Assembly (NCBI GenBank): GCA_040755035.1
Contig: JBFMBU010000030.1
Span: 41,045-105,044 of the forward strand
Reading direction: 5' to 3'
DNA from: Thermodesulfobacteriota bacterium
GTDB lineage: Bacteria; Desulfobacterota; RBG-13-43-22
Length of the DNA stretch: 64,000 nt
Numbering within the stretch: position 1 is the stretch's first letter; the number at the start of each line of letters is the position of its first letter. Positions 40,207 to 50,577 of the stretch are shown here, one piece after another. The notes under the pieces are model-generated. The model had not been told where the DNA came from and ran no database searches. It worked only from the letters and a program-made list of their open reading frames with translations. Both the position numbers and the translations under genes were made by a program.

Positions 40207-40962
40207 ATGCTTAAAAAAATAAAGCGTGCTAACCTCAGTAATCCATCCGATCTACCTTTCCCGGTTTACTACCAGGTCGCTCAACTGATCCGCAATAATA
40301 TCATCAGCGGAACTTGGCTTCCAGGCAGCCGTCTTCCTTCCGAAAATGAATTGAAAGAAAAATATAAAGTCAGTCGGCCCACCATCCGGGTGGCCAAGTC
40401 TATTCTGACCAACGAAGGTTTTATTCACAGTGTCAGGGGTTCAGGCTGCTATATAAAAAACAAAGACACCTGGAAAACCCAGATCCCCACCGTGGATAAC
40501 CTGAATGATATCTTTTACCTCGGATCGAAGCTTTCCTTTAAAATCCTTGAATTCGGGATGGTGGCCAACTCCAAAGAAGTCAAGGAAAACCTCAAAAACG
40601 ATCAGGACCCTTTTGTCTTTCAGATAAAAGGGGTCCGTTGGAGGGAAGACCAACCCCTGTCCAGTGTCACTTATTATTTGCCCTATCGGTTCGGCTCTCG
40701 GATACCCCTGGAACAATTGGATGGAAACCCTTTTATCCCCCAATTTGAGCGCCTGGCCGGTATCCAGGTCATTGAAGGGACGACCAATATTTCCCTGGGA
40801 AAGGCTGATTTTGAAACCGCCGATCACCTGCAAATAAAAAAAGGGGCCCCTATCCTGGCGGTCAAGACCGTTTATCGGGATAATTCGAATCAACTGATTG
40901 AATTTATCATCACCCGTTACAAGGATAAAATACCCTATTCTTTCAGATCCAAAAGGTCTTAG
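40207..40962 (+). CDS. GntR-family transcriptional regulator (HTH plus UTRA effector domain)
   Basis: N-terminal GntR HTH (LPSENELKEKYKVSRPTIRVA) and UTRA-like C-terminus. Confidence 0.85.
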   Translation: MLKKIKRANLSNPSDLPFPVYYQVAQLIRNNIISGTWLPGSRLPSENELKEKYKVSRPTIRVAKSILTNEGFIHSVRGSGCYIKNKDTWKTQIPTVDNLNDIFYLGSKLSFKILEFGMVANSKEVKENLKNDQDPFVFQIKGVRWREDQPLSSVTYYLPYRFGSRIPLEQLDGNPFIPQFERLAGIQVIEGTTNISLGKADFETADHLQIKKGAPILAVKTVYRDNSNQLIEFIITRYKDKIPYSFRSKRS

Positions 40963-41117
40963 GAGATTTTCTTAACCTTCTCTTTTAAAGCATTCTTTCC
41001 GGTAGTGAAAAAAACCGGGGGCATAGGCGCCATTAGCCGGCTCTCTTTATTTAAAATTTCCTTTTAGTTTTTTACTGATACCGCGCTGGCAACGAAAAAA
41101 AGGCAAGGAGCGGCAAA

Positions 41118-42668
41118 ATGAGTTGGGAAAAGGAAGTTAAAGAAATCACCCGGCGGATGGAAATTTCCAAACAAATGGGGGGGCCGGAAAACGTGGCCCG
41201 CCATCATCAGTCCGGAAAATTGACGGTCAGGGAACGCATCGACCAGGTCCTCGATCAGGGGAGTTTTCGGGAGATCGGAGGCCTCACCGGCTCGGCCAAA
41301 TATGATGCCCAGGGGAACCTGCTGGATTTTACACCGGCCAATATAGTCATCGGCAGCGGTCGGATCAACCAGCGGAGGGTCGTGGTCTCCGGAGAAGACT
41401 TCACCATCCGGGGAGGTTCATCGGAGAGCACCGTTTCGGAAAAATGGATCTGGGCCGAACGCCTGGCCGCAGAGATGCAGATTCCTATGGTCCGTCTGGT
41501 GGATACGGCCGGAGGCAGCGTAAAACTGCTGGAGAAGGCGGGAGCAACCAAACTGCCGGGTTATCCCAACAATGATTCCCGGAACTTATTGGGCCTCATT
41601 CCGGTAGTGGCCGCAGCGCTTGGTTCTGTTGCCGGCCTGGGGGCGGCTCGAGTGGTGGGGGCCCATTTTTCAGTCATGGTCAAAGAAAAAAGCCAAGTCT
41701 TCGCCGCCGGACCTTTTGTCGTCACGCCGGCCACCGGAGAAAATCTGACCAAGGAGGATCTTGGGGGGTACAAAGTCCATACCAGGGGCAGCGGGGTCGT
41801 TGACAACGAGGCCGAGAGTGAAGCCGATGCCTTCATTCAGATCCGCACTTTTCTCTCTTTCATGCCCCAGAATGCCTTTCAGCTTCCTCCCCGGGAAATT
41901 CCCACCGATGATCCCAATCGAAGAGAGGAATCGCTTCTCTCGGCCATTCCCAATGACCGCCGAAAGAGTTACAACAGTCGCAAAATCCTCAAAGCGGTCT
42001 TTGATCACGATTCCCTTTTCGAAATCGGACGCTATCAAGGCCCTTCGATCATTTCCATGTTCGGGAGATTAAACGGCTATCCGGTTGGTATCATGGCCAG
42101 TGATCCCAACTATCTGGGAGGGGCCTTAACCGCCCAGGCTGCTGAAAAAATGACCCGTTTTGTGGACCTCTGCGACAGTTTTCATATTCCCATCGTAAAT
42201 TTCGTGGATCAGCCCGGGGTGATGATAGGACGGGAGGCGGAGAAACAGGGGACCATTCGAAAAGCGATCCGGGCCCTCGAGGCCATCGAACAGACCCAGA
42301 TACCCTGGGTGGCCATCCTGGTTCGAAAGGCCTTCGGTGTCGCCGGATCGGGTTATGGGCGGCAAAGGGACCTTAACCTGCGCTATGCCTGGCCCTCCGG
42401 CTTTTGGGGTTCGATTCCGGTCGAGGGAGGGGTGCAGGCCGCCTATTGGAAGGAAATTCAGGCCGCCGAAGACCCTGAGGCGCGATTGAAAGAACTGATC
42501 AAGTATTACCATGATTTTGAATCGCCTTTTCGGACAGCCGAGCGTTTCGGCGTTCAGGATATCATCGACCCCCGCGAAACCCGTCCGATCCTCTGCGATT
42601 GGGTGGAACAGGCATACGAAGTACTGCCCCGGCAACTCGGCCCGGTATTTCGAACCATGCGCTGCTGA
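41118..42668 (+). CDS. Acyl-CoA carboxyltransferase (propionyl-CoA carboxylase beta / methylmalonyl-CoA decarboxylase alpha family)
   Basis: Length 516 aa, two crotonase-like CT halves, oxyanion-hole glycines. Confidence 0.85.
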   Translation: MSWEKEVKEITRRMEISKQMGGPENVARHHQSGKLTVRERIDQVLDQGSFREIGGLTGSAKYDAQGNLLDFTPANIVIGSGRINQRRVVVSGEDFTIRGGSSESTVSEKWIWAERLAAEMQIPMVRLVDTAGGSVKLLEKAGATKLPGYPNNDSRNLLGLIPVVAAALGSVAGLGAARVVGAHFSVMVKEKSQVFAAGPFVVTPATGENLTKEDLGGYKVHTRGSGVVDNEAESEADAFIQIRTFLSFMPQNAFQLPPREIPTDDPNRREESLLSAIPNDRRKSYNSRKILKAVFDHDSLFEIGRYQGPSIISMFGRLNGYPVGIMASDPNYLGGALTAQAAEKMTRFVDLCDSFHIPIVNFVDQPGVMIGREAEKQGTIRKAIRALEAIEQTQIPWVAILVRKAFGVAGSGYGRQRDLNLRYAWPSGFWGSIPVEGGVQAAYWKEIQAAEDPEARLKELIKYYHDFESPFRTAERFGVQDIIDPRETRPILCDWVEQAYEVLPRQLGPVFRTMRC

Positions 42669-42689
42669 TCCGGTAGGAAATGGACGATA

Positions 42690-44243
42690 ATGAATCCCAA
42701 TTTGCTTTATACCTTTGCCCTTGAACGCTACCCGGAGCAGACCGCCATCATTTTCAACGAACAGCGGCTGACCTTTCGCCAGTTTCAGTGCCGCTCCAAT
42801 AAGCTCGGCAACGCCCTTCTGAATCTTGGACTTAAAAAGGGCCAAAAGGTGGCCGTTTTGTTGCAAAACAGCCTCGAACTGGCTGAAAGCCTGACCGGCA
42901 TATCCAAGGCCGGACTGGCTATCGTTCCCCTGAATGCCCGGCAAAGCGGTCCGGAACATGCCTATATTTTACATGATGCCGAGGCTGACGCCCTGATCGT
43001 CGGGGAATCCTTCTTTGAGGTTGTCGAACCCTTTTTATCCGATATCCCTCGCTTGAAACACCTCATCCGGGTAGGTGGGGGGAAAAATGGATTGGACTAC
43101 CACGAACTGGTTGATCCTCAATCAGAAACCCTCCCTGAAATAGAAGTCCAGGAAGAGGATATCGACCGTATTCATTATACCTCCGGGACCACGGGAAAAC
43201 CCAAAGGGGTGGTGGGAACCTTCGGGATTACTTATCATCGCCTGGTCAACGCCTGGATCAACCTGGATCAGCCGATAGGACCGGGCGATATCAATCTGAA
43301 CATCGGCCCCCTGACCCATGCCGCCGGGTTCATGATGAGCATCTACTCCCTGCGCGGGGCGGCCAATGTCATCCTGGATAAATTTGATATCGATCTGGTC
43401 CTGCAAACCATAGAAAAAGAAAAGGTGACCGCGGTCCTGTTCATTCCGACCATGATGAATATGATCCTGATGCATCCCCATTTGCATCGCTATGACCTGA
43501 GCAGCCTCAAGCGCATCTGGTACGGAACGGCGCCCATGGCCCCGGAAAAAATCAAGGAAGGGATCAAGATCTTCGGCAATATTTTTCGGCAAAATTACGG
43601 ATTAACCGAGGCCCCGCAGCCGATCCTTTTTTTAGGGCCCGAAGATCATATCATCGAAGGAACCGAGAAAGAAAAGAGACGGCTGGCTTCGGCCGGAAAA
43701 CCGGCCCTGGGGGTGGCGGTCAAAATCATCAAGGAGGATAATACGGAAATCAAACCCGGGGAAATCGGGGAGATCACCCTGCGGACCATCCAGGTGATGA
43801 AAGAATACTGGAAAAACCCCCAAGCCACGGCCGAAGCCTTCCGCGGGGGTTGGTTTCACACCGGAGATATGGCCACGGTCGACGATGACGGGTTCATCTA
43901 TATCATGGATCGCAAGCACGACATGATCATCAGCGGTGGTTTCAATATCTATCCCCGCGAGGTGGAGGACGCCATTATGACCCATCCCCTGGTGGCCGAA
44001 GCGGCGGTGATCGGTGTGCCGGATGAGGTTTGGGGGGAATCGGTCAAGGCCTTTGTGGTTTCCAAACCGGACAGTTCCGTCTCAACAGAGGAGATCATAG
44101 AAGTTTGCACAAGGCAACTGGCCGGCTATAAAAAACCCAAAAGCATTGAATTTGTAGACGACCTCCCCAAAAACGCCTATGGTAAAGTGCTCCGTAAAAA
44201 GCTGAAGGAACCTTTTTGGCAGGGACGGGAACGAAGGGTGTAG
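42690..44243 (+). CDS. AMP-dependent acyl-CoA synthetase/ligase
   Basis: YTSGTTGKPKGV motif; 517 aa. Confidence 0.85.
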   Translation: MNPNLLYTFALERYPEQTAIIFNEQRLTFRQFQCRSNKLGNALLNLGLKKGQKVAVLLQNSLELAESLTGISKAGLAIVPLNARQSGPEHAYILHDAEADALIVGESFFEVVEPFLSDIPRLKHLIRVGGGKNGLDYHELVDPQSETLPEIEVQEEDIDRIHYTSGTTGKPKGVVGTFGITYHRLVNAWINLDQPIGPGDINLNIGPLTHAAGFMMSIYSLRGAANVILDKFDIDLVLQTIEKEKVTAVLFIPTMMNMILMHPHLHRYDLSSLKRIWYGTAPMAPEKIKEGIKIFGNIFRQNYGLTEAPQPILFLGPEDHIIEGTEKEKRRLASAGKPALGVAVKIIKEDNTEIKPGEIGEITLRTIQVMKEYWKNPQATAEAFRGGWFHTGDMATVDDDGFIYIMDRKHDMIISGGFNIYPREVEDAIMTHPLVAEAAVIGVPDEVWGESVKAFVVSKPDSSVSTEEIIEVCTRQLAGYKKPKSIEFVDDLPKNAYGKVLRKKLKEPFWQGRERRV

Positions 44244-44291
44244 GCAGGAAGGTGGTCAGATACGATTTTGGCCTCAAAAAGAAGCCCTCTT

Positions 44292-44771
44292 ATGAAAAAA
44301 ATAAAAGCCCGAATCAAGCCTGACCTGATCGTTTATGGCATCCTCACTGCCTTTGCAGCCGTCATGCTTTTCCCTTCCCTAGACCTTGGATTAGGGGAAA
44401 AAGGAAACCTTGGACCGGGGCTTCTTCCTTTTATCGCCTCTATTTGTATTTTGGTCACAGGCTCTACGCTGGGCATTTCAAGTTTACTGAAAAAAGCAAG
44501 GGCCGGTCCTTCCCCTGAGAACGATGTCCTTGGCCGTAAAGAATGGCTCCAGGCTGCAGGAATTTTGTTCATTTTCTCCCTATGGCCCCTTTTGGTGGGA
44601 TTTGCCGGTTATATCTGGCCGACCCTTTTGGTGTCCTTCGGGTTGGCCAAAGCAGTTGGGTACAAATCCTGGAAGCAACCCGTCATATTCAGTGTGCTGA
44701 TTACCGCCTTTATCTGGCTTATTTTCGGAGTTCTATTTCATTTGGATTTGCCGTCAGGGTTTTCTTTTTAA
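44292..44771 (+). CDS. tctB: Tripartite tricarboxylate transporter small subunit TctB
   Basis: Four TM, about 160 aa, directly upstream of tctA. Confidence 0.6.
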   Translation: MKKIKARIKPDLIVYGILTAFAAVMLFPSLDLGLGEKGNLGPGLLPFIASICILVTGSTLGISSLLKKARAGPSPENDVLGRKEWLQAAGILFIFSLWPLLVGFAGYIWPTLLVSFGLAKAVGYKSWKQPVIFSVLITAFIWLIFGVLFHLDLPSGFSF

Positions 44772-44869
44772 ACCCCCTGGGGCCGGCCGAAGGCTGAACC
44801 TGGAATCCGACTTTAGAACCAAAGGTTTTCCTAACTACCCATTGGCTCGGTATCATTTGGGGAGGGATC

Positions 44870-46369
44870 GTGTCCGGAATAGAATATCTCTGGGATGGAT
44901 TTCAAGTCGCCCTTGCCCCGGCAAATTTTTTAATGTGTCTGGTCGGGGTGATCCTGGGAACTCTGGTAGGGGTGTTACCGGGGCTGGGCCCGATAGAGGC
45001 CATGGCCATTATGTTGCCGATCAGTATTCATTATGGGCCTCTGGCGGGACTGATCCTGCTGGCCGGGGTCTGGTATGGGGCCCAGTATGGTGGATCGACC
45101 ACCTCTATTCTGGTCAATATCCCCGGAGAAGCCTCCTCGGTGATTACCACTATTGAAGGGTATCAGATGACCAGAAAGGGCCGGGCCGGGGCGGCATTGG
45201 CTGTTTCGGCCGTCGGGTCCTTTTTTGCCGGTACTCTCGGAATTGTCATCCTGCAGTTATTTACCCCACCCTTAGCCGCTGCGGCCCTCTCCTTCGGGCC
45301 GCCGGAATATCTGGCCATCATGTTATTAGCTTTTGTCGCCCTTTCGACCCTTTCCGGGGATAATCCTTTTAAAGGAACCTTGATGATCGCCCTGGGAGCC
45401 TTTCTGAGCACGGTCGGAATAGACCGGATTGCCGGGGTTCAACGGTTTACCATGGGGATTCCGAATATGATGTACGGAATCCATTTTGTTCCTGTTGCCG
45501 TCGGCTTATTTGGAATTGCCGAGGTAATTCGGCTGGCACTGAAACCCTATACCCCCACCTCCCTCAAATCCGTCCGCTTCCGAGAACTCTATCCGAACCG
45601 GGAAGAAATCCGACGGTCCATTATCCCTATTATTCGCGGTTCTTTCATCGGCTCACTTTTCGGATTGTTGCCCGGCACACCTGCCGTTCTGGCCTCGTTC
45701 ACCTCGTACAGTGTTGAAAAAAGCCTTTCACCAAAAAAGGAGGAATTCGGCCATGGCGCCATCGAAGGCGTGGCCGGGCCGGAGTCAGCCAACAATTCGG
45801 CTGTGGTGCTGGCCCTGGTCCCTCTTCTCTGCTTGGGCATCCCTTTCGCCCCCGTGGCCGCACTGCTTCTGGCCGGCCTTCAATTGCACAATATAACTCC
45901 AGGTCCCTTGTTTATTCAGGAAAACCCTTCTATTTTTTGGGGTTTTGTCGCGGCCATGTACCTGGGAAACTTTCTTCTCCTGGTTTTGAATCTCCCCCTT
46001 GTCGGTCTTTTTGCCCGCGTGGCCACCCTCCGGCCCCGGGTATTAATACCTATTATCGGAATCCTCTGTTTATTAGGGGCCTACATGACCCGCATGGCCT
46101 TATTCGATGTCTGGGTCATGATCGCAGCAGGTATCGCCGGCTTTTTTCTGAACCACCTGGGATTTCCTTTGATCCCTCTAATTCTCGGAATGGTTCTCGG
46201 AAATATCTTGGAAGATAATCTCCGTGTGACCACCCAGTGGCTGAATGGAGACTTCGCTCTCCTCTTAACCCGTCCCATTGCCCTGGCCATCCTGGCCCTG
46301 ATACCCATTTATATCCTTTTCATCCGTTTGGCGGGTAAAAAGGTCCTTAGGAGCGGCATCAAGGACTAA
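44870..46369 (+). CDS. tctA: Tripartite tricarboxylate transporter large permease TctA
   Basis: Length 499 aa, polytopic, TctA-like. Confidence 0.85.
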   Translation: MSGIEYLWDGFQVALAPANFLMCLVGVILGTLVGVLPGLGPIEAMAIMLPISIHYGPLAGLILLAGVWYGAQYGGSTTSILVNIPGEASSVITTIEGYQMTRKGRAGAALAVSAVGSFFAGTLGIVILQLFTPPLAAAALSFGPPEYLAIMLLAFVALSTLSGDNPFKGTLMIALGAFLSTVGIDRIAGVQRFTMGIPNMMYGIHFVPVAVGLFGIAEVIRLALKPYTPTSLKSVRFRELYPNREEIRRSIIPIIRGSFIGSLFGLLPGTPAVLASFTSYSVEKSLSPKKEEFGHGAIEGVAGPESANNSAVVLALVPLLCLGIPFAPVAALLLAGLQLHNITPGPLFIQENPSIFWGFVAAMYLGNFLLLVLNLPLVGLFARVATLRPRVLIPIIGILCLLGAYMTRMALFDVWVMIAAGIAGFFLNHLGFPLIPLILGMVLGNILEDNLRVTTQWLNGDFALLLTRPIALAILALIPIYILFIRLAGKKVLRSGIKD

Positions 46370-46393
46370 TTAACGTTTTGAAACTCAGTTTGT

Positions 46394-46513
46394 TTGTGTC
46401 ATTTCCGGTCGATCGAGCCGCTCGACGGTGTCGAGCTTTTGAAAAGGCTCCTCGTCAGGAGCCGTAAGTCGATCCTTAGTAAAGGTCCCCCTGCGGAGAC
46501 CGGATCGAAACAC
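46394..46513 (+). other. Second GTCGA-rich palindromic intergenic element (related to 14829-14968), includes hairpin ggctcctcgtcaggagcc
   Basis: Shares the TGTCATTTC and CGGTCGAT blocks with the first element, a ccgg(a)tcgaaa near the 3' end, and multiple short IRs. Confidence 0.35.
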
Positions 46514-46667
46514 CTGGATGCAAGTTTGGAGCTCTTGCCAGGACCCCTTTTTTATAAAGGAGCTAAGGGTCCGGGATTGGACAACTCTTAAAAAAAGATC
46601 CCCAGTCCCTCTGGGTCAATATAAAAAAAGACACTTAAAACGTAAAAAACAAAAGGAGGTTTCAAAA

Positions 46668-47627
46668 ATGAAAAAATTTATTTTTGTTTTGATCCTGACT
46701 GTTTTTTGTTTCGGACTGTCGCAAACCGGGGTTTGGGCCTATCCGGAAAAACCGATCAAATTGATCATTGGCTATGAGGCCGGGAGCGCGACGGATCTGA
46801 TCGGGCGGACTTTTTTTAAACTTATGGAGAAAGAGCTGGGGCAGCCCTTTATGATTGTTAATAAACCAGGAGCCGCCAGTGCCCTGGCCTTAAGGGAACT
46901 CCTGGATGCCAAAGCCGACGGCTACACCCTGGGAATGAGCTGTTCGGTCAACGTGCTAAAAATTATGGGGCAGCTCCCCAAGACCCATCACGATTTTGAT
47001 GTGATCGGAATTCCTTTGCTCACCGGATCGGTATTAGCCGTACCGGCCAAAAGTCCTTTCCAATCCACAAAAGAGCTGGTCGATTATGCCCGGAGCAATC
47101 CGGAAAAACTCCGCCTGTCCACCACTTCAAAAGGAGCGGTGTTCTGGATTCACTCCCGGTACTTTGAACGACTGACTGGAGCCAAGTTCAACCTGATCAG
47201 CAACCCCGGCGGAGCCAGTTTCATCGCCACTCAATTAGGGGGAGCCCATGCCGACTTGGGATTTGCAGCCTACCGGCCTCTTCAGGGGCAGATAAAAGCC
47301 GGAAATATACGCCTGCTCGGGGTAACTACGGAAAAACGGGTGGCGGCCTTTCCCGATTTGCCGACCTTGAAAGAGCAGGGATACAACATGATTGTATCAG
47401 GCTGGGCCTCGATTCTGGCCCCCAAGGGTCTCCCGCCGGACATCTACAAAAAACTGGTTGCGGCCCATGCCAAATTGGTGGGAATAACGGAGTGGCAGGA
47501 TTTTTGTAATGCCACGGGGAGTGTCGGCTATCCGGAGTACACCGGGGAAGGGGCCATCAAATTTATGGATCAGGATGCCGAAATTCAAAAGCCGATCCTG
47601 GAGGAAATTGGAGCGGTAAAAAAATAA
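46668..47627 (+). CDS. tctC: TctC / Bug-family periplasmic substrate-binding protein
   Basis: Signal peptide; strong RBS aaaaggagg; Bug-like fold sequence. Confidence 0.8.
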   Translation: MKKFIFVLILTVFCFGLSQTGVWAYPEKPIKLIIGYEAGSATDLIGRTFFKLMEKELGQPFMIVNKPGAASALALRELLDAKADGYTLGMSCSVNVLKIMGQLPKTHHDFDVIGIPLLTGSVLAVPAKSPFQSTKELVDYARSNPEKLRLSTTSKGAVFWIHSRYFERLTGAKFNLISNPGGASFIATQLGGAHADLGFAAYRPLQGQIKAGNIRLLGVTTEKRVAAFPDLPTLKEQGYNMIVSGWASILAPKGLPPDIYKKLVAAHAKLVGITEWQDFCNATGSVGYPEYTGEGAIKFMDQDAEIQKPILEEIGAVKK

Positions 47628-47674
47628 CAGGATGTGGAAAAACTCATTTTTTAAGGAAAGGAATTGTTTTCCCA

Positions 47675-49210
47675 ATGAGCCACGCTGAAAAATTAGAACT
47701 TTTCGAAAAGAAGAGAAAACACCAGGTAGGCATGGGCGGGCCCAAGAAACTTGAGGCCCGCAAAGCCGCCGGGAAGCTGAACGTTCGGGAAAGGATCCAA
47801 TACTTTTTTGATCCAGGTTCATTTCAGGAGCTGGGGCTCTTTACCCATTCGGAATGGCCGGGGCAGGAAGAGCGTTCCCCCACCGACGGTAAACTCAGCG
47901 GCAGCGGTTTGGTCCAGGGGCGGACAGTGCTCACCGTTGCCAATGATATGACGGTCCTGGGGGCCTCCAGTGCCTCGACCAACATGAAAAAGATCGACTA
48001 CGTCCGATCCCTCAGTTGTGAAAAGGGGCTCCCTCTGGTCTTTCTGGGGGAATCGACCGGATCGCGCATGCCCGATTCCATGGGGGCCTTTGGCATGGGG
48101 CACGGCGGACAGAACCCGGCCCAGTACCGCCGGCTGCGGGAAGCCCCCTGGTTATCGGTGCTTCTTGGTCCCTGCTATGGCAGTTCAAGTTGGTACACGG
48201 CCTTGTCCGATATCAGTGTCATGCAAAAAGGTTCGATCATGGCCGTTTCCAGTCCCAAAGTGACCCAGCTGGCCACCGGGGAGAACACCCCTTCTGAAGC
48301 GTTGGGCGGCTGGAGGGTGCACGCGGAAATTACCGGAATGATCGACGCCGTCGGGGACAGCGAAGAACAATGTCTGGACCTGGCCAAACGGTTTTTAAGC
48401 TATCTGCCAACCAACGCGCAAGAACGCCCGCCGAAGACAGCGGTCCCGGAAGGATCGGGCCAGGATATGGACCGCATTTTAGAATTTCTTCCGGAACAGA
48501 CCTCCAAGGCCTATGATATGGAAAAAATCATCCGGACCATCATCGATCTCCAGTCTTTCCAGGAATTGAAAGCCCGGTTCGCCAGGCCCTGCATCACTGC
48601 TTTGGCCAGACTGAACGGGGAGGCGGTGGGGATCGTGGCCAATAATCCGCTCTATGGGGCCGGGGCCCTGACCGCTGACTGCTGTGACAAAATCACCGGT
48701 TTTCTGGTCCTCTGCGATTCCTACAATATCCCTATTATCCAGTTCGTGGATAATCCCGGGTTCATGATCGGAAAGGCCGGGGAATATAAAAAAGTCGTGG
48801 GAAAGATCATGAACTGGATGAATGCCCTTTCCCTGGTTACCGTTCCGGTTCTGACCGTGGTCATCGGAAAGACGTATGGCCAGGCCTATCTGAATATGGG
48901 GGGCGGGAAATATTCCAGTGCCTTTGTGGCCTGGCCCACGGCCGAAATCAGCTTTATGGGTCTCGAACCGGGAATCAATGTGGTCTACAATATAAAAAAG
49001 ACTGAAGACCCGGAAAAATTCCAGGAACTGCTCGATCAGATGGGGAAGGCTACCGAACCTTATGATGCCGCCGGTATTTTCGGGCTGACCGATGTCATCC
49101 ATCCGGCGGAAACCCGTGATTACCTGACAAAGATGCTGGATCTGCATTACAACCGTTTTTCCGGGGGGATCGGTCGCCATTTGCTCCACAACTGGCCGAC
49201 CACCTACTAA
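47675..49210 (+). CDS. Second acyl-CoA carboxyltransferase paralog
   Basis: Length 511 aa, CT family, paralog of 41118..42668. Confidence 0.85.
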   Translation: MSHAEKLELFEKKRKHQVGMGGPKKLEARKAAGKLNVRERIQYFFDPGSFQELGLFTHSEWPGQEERSPTDGKLSGSGLVQGRTVLTVANDMTVLGASSASTNMKKIDYVRSLSCEKGLPLVFLGESTGSRMPDSMGAFGMGHGGQNPAQYRRLREAPWLSVLLGPCYGSSSWYTALSDISVMQKGSIMAVSSPKVTQLATGENTPSEALGGWRVHAEITGMIDAVGDSEEQCLDLAKRFLSYLPTNAQERPPKTAVPEGSGQDMDRILEFLPEQTSKAYDMEKIIRTIIDLQSFQELKARFARPCITALARLNGEAVGIVANNPLYGAGALTADCCDKITGFLVLCDSYNIPIIQFVDNPGFMIGKAGEYKKVVGKIMNWMNALSLVTVPVLTVVIGKTYGQAYLNMGGGKYSSAFVAWPTAEISFMGLEPGINVVYNIKKTEDPEKFQELLDQMGKATEPYDAAGIFGLTDVIHPAETRDYLTKMLDLHYNRFSGGIGRHLLHNWPTTY

Positions 49211-49235
49211 GTCCCTCTAAAGAAAAGGAGAGAAT

Positions 49236-49343
49236 ATGGAAATGACGATATTGAGGAATACTGACGGGACCTTGAAGGGGATAAAGGTGGCGAAAAGGGA
49301 GTCGGTTGAGGCCGACCAGGTCTTGTTTATTATTGAATAGAAT
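49236..49343 (+). pseudogene. Remnant of a biotinyl (BCCP-like) domain, truncated immediately before the EAMKM biotin-attachment motif
   Basis: Strong RBS aaaggagag. The peptide ...GTLKGIKVAKRESVEADQVLFIIE-stop closely matches the biotinyl consensus ...GtvxkilVkeGDxVeaGQxLliiEAMKM. Confidence 0.45.
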
Positions 49344-49388
49344 TCCTGTTGTAGAATAAATTCTATCCACTTAGCCTTGAATTCTATT
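49336..49388. promoter_or_regulatory. 10-bp inverted repeat AATAGAATTC / GAATTCTATT flanking an inner palindrome TAGAAT-aa-ATTCTA
   Basis: Seen directly; overlaps the stop of the biotinyl remnant, about 45 nt upstream of the hydratase start. Confidence 0.4.
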
Positions 49389-49429
49389 CTTAAGGTGCTA
49401 TGCCTGTTTCAGGATTACGGGGGAGCGGC

Positions 49430-50206
49430 ATGAGTCTTTTGTATGAAAAAAAAGAAAAAATTGCGATCCTAACACTTAACCGTCCTGAGGTCCTTAATGC
49501 CATAAACCCGGATATGGCGGATAAACTGTTAAAGGCCTGGTTGGATTTCTCGAATGATCCTGAACTCTTGGTGCTGATCATAACCGGTGCGGGAGACAAG
49601 GCCTTTTGTGTCGGCGCGGATATCAAGGACCGGGATCAAACCGGGCAGGATCCCCATCTTTCCCAGTTCTGGGGAGCGGGATTGAAAACCCCTATGCGAG
49701 GGATTGAAGTCAATAAACCGGTAATCGCAGCGATTAACGGTTATTGTCTGGGTGGAGGATTGGAATTGGCCCTGGTTTGTGACATCCGTATCGCCTCTGA
49801 AAATGCCCGTTTCGGACAACCGGAAATTAAAAGAGGCATCTTCCCCGGTATGGGCGCCACACAAAGGCTTCCGCGGTCCATGCCCTACAATCTGGCGGCC
49901 GAGCTTCTGCTGACCGGTGAACAAATCGATGCCCGCGAGGCCTACCGAATCGGTTTAATCAACCGTGTCCTACCTCTTGAACAGTTGATGAAGGCCGCCT
50001 GGGCCCTGGCGGAAACCATCAGCGATAATGCCCCCTTGGCCCTGAGAGCGGCCAAAGAGGCTTTGCTCAGAAGTTATGATCTGCCCCTGGAGCAAGGGCT
50101 GCGGCTGGAAGGCCTGCTTCGAAAAATTATCGGGGAAACCGAGGATGCCGGGGAAGGCCAGCGTGCCTTTATAGAACGGAGAAAACCGGAATTTAAAAAC
50201 CGGTGA
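49430..50206 (+). CDS. Enoyl-CoA hydratase/isomerase (crotonase family)
   Basis: Crotonase-fold motifs (AAINGYCLGGGLELAL); RBS ggggag. Confidence 0.85.
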   Translation: MSLLYEKKEKIAILTLNRPEVLNAINPDMADKLLKAWLDFSNDPELLVLIITGAGDKAFCVGADIKDRDQTGQDPHLSQFWGAGLKTPMRGIEVNKPVIAAINGYCLGGGLELALVCDIRIASENARFGQPEIKRGIFPGMGATQRLPRSMPYNLAAELLLTGEQIDAREAYRIGLINRVLPLEQLMKAAWALAETISDNAPLALRAAKEALLRSYDLPLEQGLRLEGLLRKIIGETEDAGEGQRAFIERRKPEFKNR

Positions 50207-50577
50207 ATGAGACAGGCTTCTGGAATATCACCCCTCCCTCTGACCCCTTTACCCGCCCGGAAGCGTTTACACGGGTTCTTAAAAAATCTTCCCTGCCTTT
50301 TTAACCCCTTCTTCCAATTTCACCCTCTCAGACTCCTTTCCCGAAACTAGGCAGCACCCCGGTTTATTTCAAAACAGGCCATCCGGGAACCAATTCCTCA
50401 GAACAGGGAAGATAAAGGAGGCCACTGAGTTGACCGGCGCTTTCGAACCTGATATATCAAATAAGAAAAGAGGTTGTAAAAAAAATCCTGCGGGGAGGCT
50501 ATAAACGGTTAAAAAGAAGTAAGCGCGTTTACCGGGCCTGAGAGGGGAACTTGTTTCAAAAAATGAGGGAGGGGAAC

